This document shows positions 55,376 to 64,000 of a stretch of DNA of 64,000 nt, in pieces; position 1 is the first letter of the stretch; each line of letters begins with the position of its first letter. Made by a program: the position numbers and the translations under genes. Under the pieces are notes generated by a model. The model saw nothing but the letters and a program-made list of their open reading frames with translations. It did no database searches and was not told the origin of the DNA. Source of the DNA: Bdellovibrionales bacterium (lineage in GTDB: Bacteria; Bdellovibrionota; Bdellovibrionia; Bdellovibrionales; UBA1609); the NCBI GenBank assembly GCA_965242635.1, contig OZ251471.1, positions 1,332,322 to 1,396,321 on the forward strand. Direction: 5' to 3'.

Positions 55376-57172
55376 ATGAAAACAAAAAAACCGATTTTAT
55401 TTTTCTGTATTTTTACTGTTAGTGCTGTTTGTGTGGTCTTGAGTGCTTATTGGTCCGGCACAAAATCAGCCAAAGCCACTTTAAGCCGGGAAGTCAGACA
55501 CAAGCTCAAAAAATATCTCAAGCCCCTGCCTCCTCCACCCTTTAAGAAAGTCCTGGGTCATGAGGTCAGTCTCCGCTCGGCCCACTTGGGCCATAAACTT
55601 TTTAATGATCCCATACTGTCCCGCAACAACGATGTGTCCTGTGCCACCTGCCACCTGACCAATCATGGCTTTGCCGATGGAAACCGCCTTAACTTTGGGG
55701 CCTTGGGGGCTGGCGGCCCCACGGGCCACAATGTGGGCAAAAGGTGGGGGGAGGGAGTGCTTTCCACCCATCGCTTTTGTGGGGAGGATGGGGCTGGTTT
55801 CTTTTGTGATGATCCCATGTTCAGAAACTCCCTCTCCACCCTGAATGTGATTTACAGGGCCAACCCGCATACCGATTCCGGTCTGTTGTGGGATGGCCGG
55901 TTTGGCCGGTTGGCTTTTCAGGTCCTGCTCCCCATTCACACACCAGAGGAGATGTGCGGAGTCAATCCTGTGCCCTCCCAAAACAACCCCTTTCGAAAAG
56001 GAGGGCCTTTGTTTGACAAACCTGTCACTGTTCGGCACAGCCACCTGTATCTGCCGGAAACAGGCCGGCAGATTTTTTCCTTTAACAGCCCTCCACAGAC
56101 CATTCCTGGGGTGGAAAGTTTTCGAAAAACCGGCAATATTGTGTATCCGGCCAGAAATGAATGCATGGCTATAGCTGTGGCCAAAGTTCGAAAAGTCCCT
56201 TACTACCAAAAACAATTCAAAAAGATATACCGAAAAGAGGTGAGCGATCTGCTGATAGGTCGTGCACTGGCCGATTTTGTCAGCACCCATATTGCCAACA
56301 AAAGCCCTTATGACCTCTTTCAGGCCGGGTCAAATGCTCTATCCCCCAAGCAATTAAAGGGGATGGCTGTTTTTATGATCCCTTTGGGGGAAAGTGTGAC
56401 CCTGACCGGGCAGGCTGTCAAAGGGGCCGGCTGTGCCCACTGCCATTCCCCGCCTTTTTTTGGCGGATCCGGATTTTATTCCCTGGGTGTTAAGGGGGAT
56501 GAGAGAAGCTCCTTGTCCCGTCCCAGCCTGATAGCGGAAAAAGGGGGCTTTGCCCTGAATGTGCGATCCAGCCATGGAAAAAGACTCCCTGCATGCCATA
56601 TAGCTGGTCGCTCCGCCAGTTTGAGCAGTGCCTCCCCCGACATGGGAAGGGCCATTTACACCTCTGACGAAAAAGACTGCTTTCAATTTCGTGTGCCGGT
56701 CTTAAGAAATGTGATTGAAAGCCACCCTTATTTTCACCACGGCACAGAAACGGGCTTAAGTGCCCTGCCCCATCAAAGAAAAAACTTTAAAGAGTTAAGC
56801 CTTTACAGTTTAAGGCGGGCCATTGAATATCACTTGAGAGGCCCTGTGGATATGGCCCGGATCAACGCACTCAGCCTGAACGAAGTCTTTTTTGATGCTT
56901 TTTTTCAGATAGATCCTCTTGTGCCAGGGGAGTTGATGGATTTTGGTGCCAGCCTCAAGCACTATCCTGTGAACTTGTCCGCAGAAGAGCTGGAGGCTCT
57001 TTTGGATTTTGTGGCTTTTGGCCTGTGGGATAAAACAGCTGTGGAGAAGGGTTGGCTGAACAATAATCTCAGTCATCCCCGCCGGGTGCCAAGCGGTTTT
57101 TCCCCTTCCATAACAAGGGACAGTGGCACACAAACAGAACTGCCCCCCGCCGGCCGATTCCCCACAAAATAA
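55376..57172 (+). CDS. Di-heme cytochrome c peroxidase/MauG superfamily protein
   Basis: LGHKLFNDPILS, CATCH, RNSLST.N, LWDGR, CAHCH, FRVPVLRNV...PYFHHG. Confidence 0.88.
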   Translation: MKTKKPILFFCIFTVSAVCVVLSAYWSGTKSAKATLSREVRHKLKKYLKPLPPPPFKKVLGHEVSLRSAHLGHKLFNDPILSRNNDVSCATCHLTNHGFADGNRLNFGALGAGGPTGHNVGKRWGEGVLSTHRFCGEDGAGFFCDDPMFRNSLSTLNVIYRANPHTDSGLLWDGRFGRLAFQVLLPIHTPEEMCGVNPVPSQNNPFRKGGPLFDKPVTVRHSHLYLPETGRQIFSFNSPPQTIPGVESFRKTGNIVYPARNECMAIAVAKVRKVPYYQKQFKKIYRKEVSDLLIGRALADFVSTHIANKSPYDLFQAGSNALSPKQLKGMAVFMIPLGESVTLTGQAVKGAGCAHCHSPPFFGGSGFYSLGVKGDERSSLSRPSLIAEKGGFALNVRSSHGKRLPACHIAGRSASLSSASPDMGRAIYTSDEKDCFQFRVPVLRNVIESHPYFHHGTETGLSALPHQRKNFKELSLYSLRRAIEYHLRGPVDMARINALSLNEVFFDAFFQIDPLVPGELMDFGASLKHYPVNLSAEELEALLDFVAFGLWDKTAVEKGWLNNNLSHPRRVPSGFSPSITRDSGTQTELPPAGRFPTK

Positions 57173-57309
57173 AACTTTCTTTTTTGGGGGGCTTTGGGGG
57201 AGGTTTGGGGGTTTTGGGGGAGGTTTTGAAACTTCTGAAAAAAGCTTGCCTTCCTTTTACCATTGAACCATAATGCAGGTGGTTCTGAGGAATTTCTGTT
57301 TTTGGCCTC

Positions 57310-57391
57310 TTTTCGTTTCAGGCCACCCGTTTCAGGACGAACCACTCGTTTCGAGACGGCATACTGCTCACGGCACGGGCTTGAGACAAAA
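57310..57391 (+). repeat. Palindromic element copy 4 (diverged stem, conserved core)
   Basis: cgtttcgagacggcatac...ctcacggcacgg core inside an imperfect stem. Confidence 0.65.
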
Positions 57392-57449
57392 ACCCTGATG
57401 GGGCATTTATTCAGGAGGACCTTGATTTAAAAAAGGGAGGCGGGGAACT

Positions 57450-58280
57450 ATGAAAAAAGACATGCCAAAATTGTTTAAAGTTTACCGGTTTCGTATTCTG
57501 TCCGGAATACTTTTTCTGGTTTTTCTCATCAGCACATGGTTTGTGTTTTACCAAAAGCCCAAATACCCTGAGGCTCTTCATATCAGTCTGCAGGAGCAGT
57601 TAAAACAGATCATCCGGTCCGCTCTTCAGAAACAAAAGCCCTTGGCCCAAAACCTGCAATTTCAAAAGATGTGGACCGAGGCCTCAAGACGGAAAAATCA
57701 AATCAGGGCTATTTTTCAATACTCCTTTGAGGATAAAGAGGGGGTGCACCTTTCTGTCAAAGGCCATGCCATAATGATACAAAAAACAGTGGACGACACC
57801 CATGAGCTGTGGCGGGTCCATCATATTCAGACAAACAACACCCAAATAGCCTTTCCAGAGCCTGTTCTGCTCTTTTCTGACAAGTTTAAAGACCCCGATT
57901 CTGATGAAGACCCTGATTCTGATGAAGAAGACCCTGAGGGGGCAGACCTTGGTGGGGTAGATACCGAACTGGAGGAAAATGGTGCTGATGGGAAAGACTC
58001 CGGTGAGGCAGACCTTGAGGGGGCAGACTCCGGCGGGAAAGAGGCAAGCTCAGGCGACACCCATAAACCCGACCCCACCACTGAAACAGCTGGCCCCACT
58101 TCAAAAGAGGCAGATACCGATTCAGGCGACACCCATAAACCCGACTCCACCATTGAAACAGCTCCAAAAGAGGCTGTGGCCAACTCAGGCGAGAAAGAGG
58201 CAACAAACTCTGGTGAGGGAGAGGCAGATTCGGGCAATACCACTGAGGCAGGCCATGCGAATCCTGATAATAGACGATGA
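57450..58280 (+). CDS. Membrane-anchored protein with acidic low-complexity tail
   Basis: GGGAGG RBS, N-terminal TM, D/E/G-rich tail with SGDTHKPD twice (72-nt period). Confidence 0.75.
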   Translation: MKKDMPKLFKVYRFRILSGILFLVFLISTWFVFYQKPKYPEALHISLQEQLKQIIRSALQKQKPLAQNLQFQKMWTEASRRKNQIRAIFQYSFEDKEGVHLSVKGHAIMIQKTVDDTHELWRVHHIQTNNTQIAFPEPVLLFSDKFKDPDSDEDPDSDEEDPEGADLGGVDTELEENGADGKDSGEADLEGADSGGKEASSGDTHKPDPTTETAGPTSKEADTDSGDTHKPDSTIETAPKEAVANSGEKEATNSGEGEADSGNTTEAGHANPDNRR

Positions 58281-58629
58281 GGTCTTGATTGGAAAGTGTT
58301 TTTGTCAGATGGCACTTTCCCGCGGGCATCAGGCCAAAGTGGAGTTGAACGGCACAGAGGGTTTAAAAACATGGAAAGCCTTCCAGCCTCATTTGGTGTT
58401 TTTGGATATTCTTATACCGGGGGGGGATGGCCCTTCCATCTTAAAAAAAGCGGGTAAAAAAAACAACGAAAAGGTGGTGATGATGTCGGCACACCGGGCC
58501 TTCTCCGATGGCTTTTCTGTGCCGGGGGTGGATTTGTTTGTCTCCAAGCCTTTTCCGGACATTGTGTCGGTATTTGATCAGGCAGAGCGTCTGATCCTTG
58601 GCACTTCAAAGGATGTATCTCCCTCATGA
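58255..58629 (+). CDS. Single-domain response regulator receiver
   Basis: MRILIIDDE, VFLDILIPGGDG, VMMSA, VSKPF. Confidence 0.88.
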   Translation: MRILIIDDEVLIGKCFCQMALSRGHQAKVELNGTEGLKTWKAFQPHLVFLDILIPGGDGPSILKKAGKKNNEKVVMMSAHRAFSDGFSVPGVDLFVSKPFPDIVSVFDQAERLILGTSKDVSPS

Positions 58630-59180
58630 GAATTATTGCTGGTCGTTTTAAGGGGCAAAAACTTTGTTCGTTTTCTGCGAATTTTATTCGTCCCATGACC
58701 GACAGGGTCCGGACCTCTCTTTTCGACACTTTAAACTCCAGTGGGCTTTCCCCTTTGGGGAAAAGGGTATTGGATCTGTTTTCCGGAACAGGCAGTCTGG
58801 CTTTTGAGGCTTTGTCCCGAGGGGCCAGGGAGGTGGTATTGGTGGAGGAAAGCAGAAAAGCCATTCATATTATCAAAAAAAACCAGATCAAGCTAAAAAT
58901 ACATTCCGGCCTTAAAGTTTATCATAAGGATGTGTTTCGTTTCCTTTCCTCTTATCAAGGCCAGCCTTTTGATCTGATTTTTGCTGATCCTCCTTTTAAA
59001 AAGCAGTATGGGGAAAAGGTCTTGTCCGCCTCTGTCTCTTCTTCGGCTGTGACAAAAGGCACTATGCTGTTTTTGGAACTTTCCCTTCAGGAGGATCCTC
59101 CTGAAAAAAGCTCTTTTTACAAGCTGACAAACACAAAAAAATTTGGCGACAAAAAAATACTCTTCCACCAATTCTTATAA
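58626..59180 (+). CDS. rsmD: 16S rRNA m2G966 methyltransferase
   Basis: MRIIAGRFKG, RPMTDRVR, LDLFSGTGSL.FEALSRGA, FADPPF. Confidence 0.95.
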   Translation: MRIIAGRFKGQKLCSFSANFIRPMTDRVRTSLFDTLNSSGLSPLGKRVLDLFSGTGSLAFEALSRGAREVVLVEESRKAIHIIKKNQIKLKIHSGLKVYHKDVFRFLSSYQGQPFDLIFADPPFKKQYGEKVLSASVSSSAVTKGTMLFLELSLQEDPPEKSSFYKLTNTKKFGDKKILFHQFL

Positions 59181-59412
59181 GCCCCTGTTTCATATCTGTC
59201 GGGGTTTTGGATCTCCAAAAACCAGTTGACAGGTGGTATTATCAACTTTACACTGGCTTTTGGTGGCAGGCCTTTTTGGTTGTGATTCCGTTTTTTTTTA
59301 GGAAAAAGCACTAAATTCAGCATAATCCACTCAAAAAATGACCTGTATCAGTCTTTTTGTTGACTGCTATATGAATATTTGATAATATATCCCTATCCAT
59401 AAGAGATAAAAA

Positions 59413-60741
59413 ATGATTACTGAATTAAAACTTTCCAATTTCCGCTTGTTTGATGAGGAGGTGACTGTCCGCTTCCGGCCCATTACTGTATTGATAGGTC
59501 GAAACAACTCTGGCAAATCCTCCATTATCAAGTTTTTGCTTATGCTGAAACAGTCTCTTGACAGAGAAAGTACTCTGTTTTTAAACCCTCAGGGGGACAG
59601 AGTCAATTTAGGCAGGTTTGAGGATCTTCAAAATACTTTAAAAAAGAAAGAAGATTTGTTTTTTCAGTTGACTGCCAAAGAAAAAACAAGTTCTGGGGAT
59701 CCAGTCATATCTTATATAAAAAATCAATACCAAGTGCCTGTTGATCAAAGCAATGTTGAGGTGCTTTATGAAGTGCTTGCAAATGTATCTTATCAGCAAA
59801 AACAAAAGGCTGTAAAAGAATATAAAGTTATTGCCTCTTATAAGCAAAACAGTGTGGAATTAAAAAAAATTGTTTTTGATAATATTCAATTTTTGGATTT
59901 TACCAAGGAATGGAAAAATGCAATATATGATGTCCAACATAAGATTAGTTCTCTAAAAAACCAACAAAAGCGATCACAACAAGAAGAGTTATCAAAAGAA
60001 TTGATGCACACAGAACACCAACACATTGCAGAACAAAAAATGGTAAACACATTAAAAAATAATCTGAATAATCTCTATCATTTGGGACCTGTTAGGGATA
60101 ATGCAAAAGAACCTTCTGGTAAAGCATCACCACCGTTTACCACCGTTGGGCAGAAAGGGCAATACGTTCTTCAACATTTACAGGAAATAAAAGAGAAAAA
60201 ACAAAATGATTATAAATTCATTCTCCCTTATATACAAAATGTGGCAGGTGTTAAGGGGATAGATTTTGAAAAAAAAGAATTCACGTCAAAATGTTTTGGT
60301 GTTAATAAATTAACAGGTGCAAAAGTGCCAATATATGATTTTGGTTTTGGGGTCAGCCAGTGCCTCCCCATTTTTGTGCAAGGGGCTTTAATGTCTCAAT
60401 ACAGTTCTCTTATGGTGGAACAGCCGGAGGCTCAGTTGCACCCCACAGCTCAGTTGGCATTGGGCGAATTTTTTGCTGATCTGTGGAAAAAGCGACAAGT
60501 GGGATCCATTCTTGAAACTCATAGTGATAATATTTTACTGAGACTGAGGCGACTTATTGCAAAAGGAACACTCCAGCCTGAAGATGTGTCTGTTGCCTTT
60601 TTTGACTTTGATGAGGATAAAAACCAACCTGTGATTAAGAATCTGGATATTGCAGAGGATGGCTCCATGCAGGAAGGGCTCCCTTGGGAATTTTTTGGTA
60701 AAAATGTAAAAGAGATTGTTAAAATGGGAGCTGGAGAGTAA
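59413..60741 (+). CDS. ABC-type ATPase (AAA_15/AAA_21 with DUF3696-like C-terminus)
   Basis: GRNNSGKS Walker A, GFGVSQ signature, VEQPEAQLHP Walker B/D-loop, ETHS H-loop; AT-rich. Confidence 0.88.
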   Translation: MITELKLSNFRLFDEEVTVRFRPITVLIGRNNSGKSSIIKFLLMLKQSLDRESTLFLNPQGDRVNLGRFEDLQNTLKKKEDLFFQLTAKEKTSSGDPVISYIKNQYQVPVDQSNVEVLYEVLANVSYQQKQKAVKEYKVIASYKQNSVELKKIVFDNIQFLDFTKEWKNAIYDVQHKISSLKNQQKRSQQEELSKELMHTEHQHIAEQKMVNTLKNNLNNLYHLGPVRDNAKEPSGKASPPFTTVGQKGQYVLQHLQEIKEKKQNDYKFILPYIQNVAGVKGIDFEKKEFTSKCFGVNKLTGAKVPIYDFGFGVSQCLPIFVQGALMSQYSSLMVEQPEAQLHPTAQLALGEFFADLWKKRQVGSILETHSDNILLRLRRLIAKGTLQPEDVSVAFFDFDEDKNQPVIKNLDIAEDGSMQEGLPWEFFGKNVKEIVKMGAGE

Positions 60742-61292
60742 TGAATGCTTTGACTTCTGACTTTATTGCCATAGACACAAATGTTTTTGAGCATTTATTG
60801 AATCCACAGAACAATACAAATAATCATATTTCCAAGCTATTTATAAAACTTATGGATGACAAAATAACACTTTTAGTGGATGATAAAGATAGAATTGTCA
60901 ATGAGTATTCACAAAAAATAGAAAGAATCCTGGATGAGAAAGATGAGATGGGAGATGCAGTTAAAATACTTGGAACTACTTATTTATACTTTATGGACCA
61001 TAAACAACCGGTGCCAGTTGTTTCTCATGATTCTTTGATGACTGCCATAAAAAGCATTATCAAAAAAAAGAAGAAGTCTTCAGTAACAGACAGATTTTTT
61101 GTTTATGTGGCTTTTAAAAGTGATCGAATCTTAATAACCAATGACAAAAAAGATATGATTGATGAACGTAATCAGAAGGGAAAAAGAAAGCAAAAATTGC
61201 TTAAAATGGCCAAAAAACAGAGCCTCAAAAGGGCAGATATCCTCACTTCAGAGTCAGCTTGCGAGAAATTGAACATGGCCAATGGAGCGTGA
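60741..61292 (+). CDS. PIN-domain protein (putative RNase)
   Basis: IAIDTNVF, TDRFFVYVA...ILITNDKKD acidic PIN pattern; TAATG coupling to the ATPase. Confidence 0.75.
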   Translation: MNALTSDFIAIDTNVFEHLLNPQNNTNNHISKLFIKLMDDKITLLVDDKDRIVNEYSQKIERILDEKDEMGDAVKILGTTYLYFMDHKQPVPVVSHDSLMTAIKSIIKKKKKSSVTDRFFVYVAFKSDRILITNDKKDMIDERNQKGKRKQKLLKMAKKQSLKRADILTSESACEKLNMANGA

Positions 61293-61314
61293 AAACGGCT
61301 TTGTTTTTTGACTG

Positions 61315-61401
61315 AGAGCTTGCTCAGAGCAGAGATTCTACTTTTTGTGGAGTATGGGCTGGAATGTGGTCGTCCAAGAGCCTGCTCAGAGCAGAGATTC
61401 T
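61315..61401. repeat. Two 25-bp direct repeats with palindromic core TGCTCAGAGCA, 37-bp spacer
   Basis: agagc(t/c)tgctcagagcagagattct at 61315 and 61377. Confidence 0.75.
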
Positions 61402-61745
61402 GCCTTCTGTAGCCCCTCCTCCGGCCTTTATCCGGGATAACAAAGCTCAGGCAGAAGGAACAAGGCTCGACGGGCCAGGCAGGCTTTATATGAGAAATAT
61501 CAGTTTTTTGAGTTGACAGGCCTGTTATTATGTGTTGAGCTGTACCGCTGGATAAGGCGAATTCGAGAAAAACCCTGCAAAAAGGCCCGGATTCCCGCCT
61601 CTGCTTTTGCGAAAACAGGCTCATGAATGGGATAACGGCGAAAAAACAGCTTTTATTCAGGACAGGCGGGTTGACCTTAAAGAGAAATAACTGTTAAACC
61701 AAAAACCAATGGAGAACCAACAAAATTTTGCAAAGGCAAACGAAA

Positions 61746-62510
61746 ATGAAAAAAACAATCACGTTGCAGGATAAAGAATCACAAATATTATCTGGTTTTA
61801 GAAAAGCAGGGGATATTTACAAAGAGCTGTCCCTGGATCCAGCCACTTGTCGTCTTTATCTGCAAAAAATCAAAGACATAAAAATTCCTCTGTTTCCGGA
61901 TGATTATATTATTATTCACGGAGGGGAACAAATGGCTACAGGTGATTGCAACAACAACGAGGAACATAATCCCACTTTAAAAACCACTTTTCCTTTTACA
62001 TTAAATGGCAATAAAACAACAGAACATTTTAAAACAGCAAAAGTAACTGGAAAAGAAATTTGTTTGTTGGATAAAGAATTGGACAATCCTCTTTTGTTTG
62101 TCACTGTAAACGAGATAACTGACACTTTTGTCCAAAATGACTGGACACTTGTTATTCAGGATAAGGATGTTTATTGGACAATACCCTTTGATGAAGAAAA
62201 GGTGGTTGATCTGGAAAAATGTGCCAAATCAGATCGCCGGCCACCCAAAGGACAAAAATTTTATAAAATTAAAATTGATGGAGAAAAATATAAAGTACAC
62301 AGTCAAAAGATGACAGGGGCTGAGATTTTGGGATTGGCAGGCAAAACTTATGATGAGTGGTCTTTAAATCAAAAGTTTCATGGAGGCAGGAGAAAACCCA
62401 TTGAATTAAAAGAATTTGTTGACTTTTCTCTTAAAGGTATTGAACGTTTTGAAACTGTCAGAAAACAAGCTCAGCAGGGGGCCTTTCATGGAAAAGCTCC
62501 TGTTGCCTGA
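61746..62510 (+). CDS. Multi-ubiquitin (three beta-grasp) protein, BubA-like precursor
   Basis: Three Multi_ubiq-like segments; linker DLEKCAKSDRRPPKG..YKIKIDG; MTGAEILGLAG; VDF..KGIERFET; ends QAQQG-AFHGKAPVA. Confidence 0.85.
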   Translation: MKKTITLQDKESQILSGFRKAGDIYKELSLDPATCRLYLQKIKDIKIPLFPDDYIIIHGGEQMATGDCNNNEEHNPTLKTTFPFTLNGNKTTEHFKTAKVTGKEICLLDKELDNPLLFVTVNEITDTFVQNDWTLVIQDKDVYWTIPFDEEKVVDLEKCAKSDRRPPKGQKFYKIKIDGEKYKVHSQKMTGAEILGLAGKTYDEWSLNQKFHGGRRKPIELKEFVDFSLKGIERFETVRKQAQQGAFHGKAPVA

Positions 62511-62874
62511 AGAGGATTTGGAATATCTAAAAGCCAATTTCCCTGATTATGAATGTAGGAGGGAAAATTCCAAAAAAGGGATTATTATCCATGATTATCC
62601 ACTGCCGAAAGGTTATAATCCAGATAAATCCAGTCTGATGCTTATTATACCGGAGAATTATCCCACAACAAAAATTGACATGTTTTATTTCTCACCCAAC
62701 ATAGAAAGGCAGGATAGAGCTACAATAGAAGCTTTGAGTGATGAAAATCATTTTAACCAAAATTGGCAAAGATGGTCGAGGCATTATGATTGGCGACCAG
62801 GCATAGATAATATTTCCACTCATATATCGTATATACATAATCAATTAAAATCGGAAGCAGGCACAGGACAATGA
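62488..62874 (+). CDS. Prokaryotic E2 family E protein, BubB-like
   Basis: IHDYPLPKGYN, LIIPENYP..KIDMFYFSP, WQRWSRH..WRPGIDNISTH; start overlaps the Ubl tail. Confidence 0.88.
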   Translation: MEKLLLPEEDLEYLKANFPDYECRRENSKKGIIIHDYPLPKGYNPDKSSLMLIIPENYPTTKIDMFYFSPNIERQDRATIEALSDENHFNQNWQRWSRHYDWRPGIDNISTHISYIHNQLKSEAGTGQ

Positions 62875-64000
62875 ATTCTTCTCTTGTTTTAAAAGAAAGT
62901 GATTATAAGGCACTTAAAAAGCACTTATATCCAGGAGATAATCTGGAGTTTTCAGCGATAATGCTTTGTCATTATGGACGAGGCAAAGAGGGTTTTCGCC
63001 TTATGGTCAAGGAAGTAATAAAAATACCCAAGGATAAATACGATGAACAGAAAGCCAATTATTTATCCTGGGCTTTTTCTGAATATATGACACCAAAAAA
63101 GATAGAAAAAACAGATAAAGAAGGGTTGTCTGTTTTCACCATTCACAGTCACCCCAATGGATACAGTCAATTTTCCCAAGTTGATGATAAAAATGATAAA
63201 TCTCTTTTTCATTCGATAAACAACTGGTTTGATGATAAAAGGCCCAATGGCTCAGCCATTATGTTGCCAAGTGGAGAGATAATAGCCAGACTGGTTACAG
63301 GCAAAGGGCAGTTTAAACCAATTCAAAAAGTGTCAGTTGCAGGTAAAAATATTAAAATATGGCACTCTTCCAATATCCAGGAAAAGGTGCCTGATTATGG
63401 CCTGAAGATTTTACAAACCTTTGGAAAGGGCACTTTTAGTACTTTAAGAAAGATGAAAGCAGGTGTGGTGGGATGTTCAGGAACGGGAAGTATTATAGTG
63501 GAGTTATTAACCCGTAATTGTGTTGGAAGTCTTGTCCTGGTGGATCCGGATGTTGTGGAAGAAAAAAATCTTAACCGCATTTTAAATACAGGTCAAATGG
63601 ACAGCAAAAACAAAATACATAAAGTGTCTGCTTTAAAAAAAGCTATTTTAAAAACAGGCATAGGCACACAAGTGTCTGTTTATGCCAAAACCACAGGAAA
63701 TAAAGAGGTTATAGAGGCATTGACTGATTGTGATGTGATTTTTGGTTGTGTTGACTCTGCAACAGGAAGGTATCATTTGGAATGTATGGCAACTGCTTAT
63801 TTTATTCCCTACTTTGATATTGGTGTATATATTTCAGCTGATAATCATGGAGGAATCAATCATGCAGATGTGGCTTCTCATTATATATACCCGGAAAGCA
63901 ACAGTTTGATTTCCAGAGGTGTTTACACAACTGAACAACTGACTTCAGAGAGCTGGAGACAAACTGACAAAGATTATTATAAAAAAAATAAAAAAGCAGG
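62871..64000 (+). CDS. JAB/JAMM peptidase - ThiF/E1 fusion, BubCD-like (3' end outside window)
   Basis: Manual translation: DNLEFSA (E), FTIHSHPNGYSQFSQVD (HxH-x7-S-x2-D), VVGCSGTGS, VDPDVVEEKNLNRI, GCVDS..GR; ATGA overlap with the E2 stop. Confidence 0.88.
   Translation, partial: MNSSLVLKESDYKALKKHLYPGDNLEFSAIMLCHYGRGKEGFRLMVKEVIKIPKDKYDEQKANYLSWAFSEYMTPKKIEKTDKEGLSVFTIHSHPNGYSQFSQVDDKNDKSLFHSINNWFDDKRPNGSAIMLPSGEIIARLVTGKGQFKPIQKVSVAGKNIKIWHSSNIQEKVPDYGLKILQTFGKGTFSTLRKMKAGVVGCSGTGSIIVELLTRNCVGSLVLVDPDVVEEKNLNRILNTGQMDSKNKIHKVSALKKAILKTGIGTQVSVYAKTTGNKEVIEALTDCDVIFGCVDSATGRYHLECMATAYFIPYFDIGVYISADNHGGINHADVASHYIYPESNSLISRGVYTTEQLTSESWRQTDKDYYKKNKKA

Noticed and set aside
57827-58372. Minus-strand Ser/Pro-rich ORFs (also 46394-46969 + and 55481-56290 -)
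   Set aside because: Antisense shadows of well-supported genes.
11191-61292. Functional link between the RNA ligase and the PIN RNase
   Set aside because: They are 48 kb apart with no shared signals; pure speculation.
61315-61401. Call as a CRISPR array
   Set aside because: Only two good repeats and no cas genes or leader; kept as an unexplained repeat.
61709-61774. 21-aa ORF MENQQNFAKANENEKNNHVAG overlapping the Ubl start
   Set aside because: The Ubl frame from 61746 already gives a complete first beta-grasp domain; no support for a frameshift or leader peptide.
1-64000. IS element, integrase, prophage or rRNA
   Set aside because: No DDE/HUH transposase, recombinase, phage structural gene or rRNA signature was recognised.

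Overview
Bacterial chromosomal window. Gene content and style (PEGA-tailed Ser/Thr kinase, cyt c/SCO/coxB block, many secreted Cys-rich hypotheticals) suggest Bdellovibrionota; this is inference, no database search was run. The housekeeping backbone includes smc (partial), rpsR, recA, cinA, rpsT, xth, coxB, menE, comM, a metB-family enzyme, coaE, addB-like, dnaX, dppBC, metK, leucine-catabolism enzymes, rsmD and tRNA-Phe(GAA). No transposase, integrase or cas gene was seen. Accessory signals: (1) An AT-rich putative defence island at the right edge, with a translationally coupled ABC-ATPase + PIN pair followed by a Bub-type ubiquitin-like operon: triple-Ubl precursor ending QQG plus a 9-aa tail, Ser-type E2 (WQRWSRH), and a JAMM-ThiF fusion cut off by the window end. 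(2) A four-copy family of leaderless N-terminal-TM/coiled-coil genes (NHITDTNK core) sharing a TTGACA-N16-TATA(A/G)T-N6-ATG promoter. Two copies are followed by lipoproteins with a homologous N-terminal module but unrelated C-termini; two form ~0.5 kb direct repeats around a 3.1 kb cargo. (3) A four-copy palindromic element upstream of genes, with compensatory base changes. (4) An orphan DNA methyltransferase between duplicated antiporter 5' ends, preceded by a 39-bp repeat that encodes mini-ORFs. (5) A fused type IIG-like R-M gene, a DRB0094-family RNA ligase and a partial tRNA-Phe duplication. All alignments and coordinates were done by eye.
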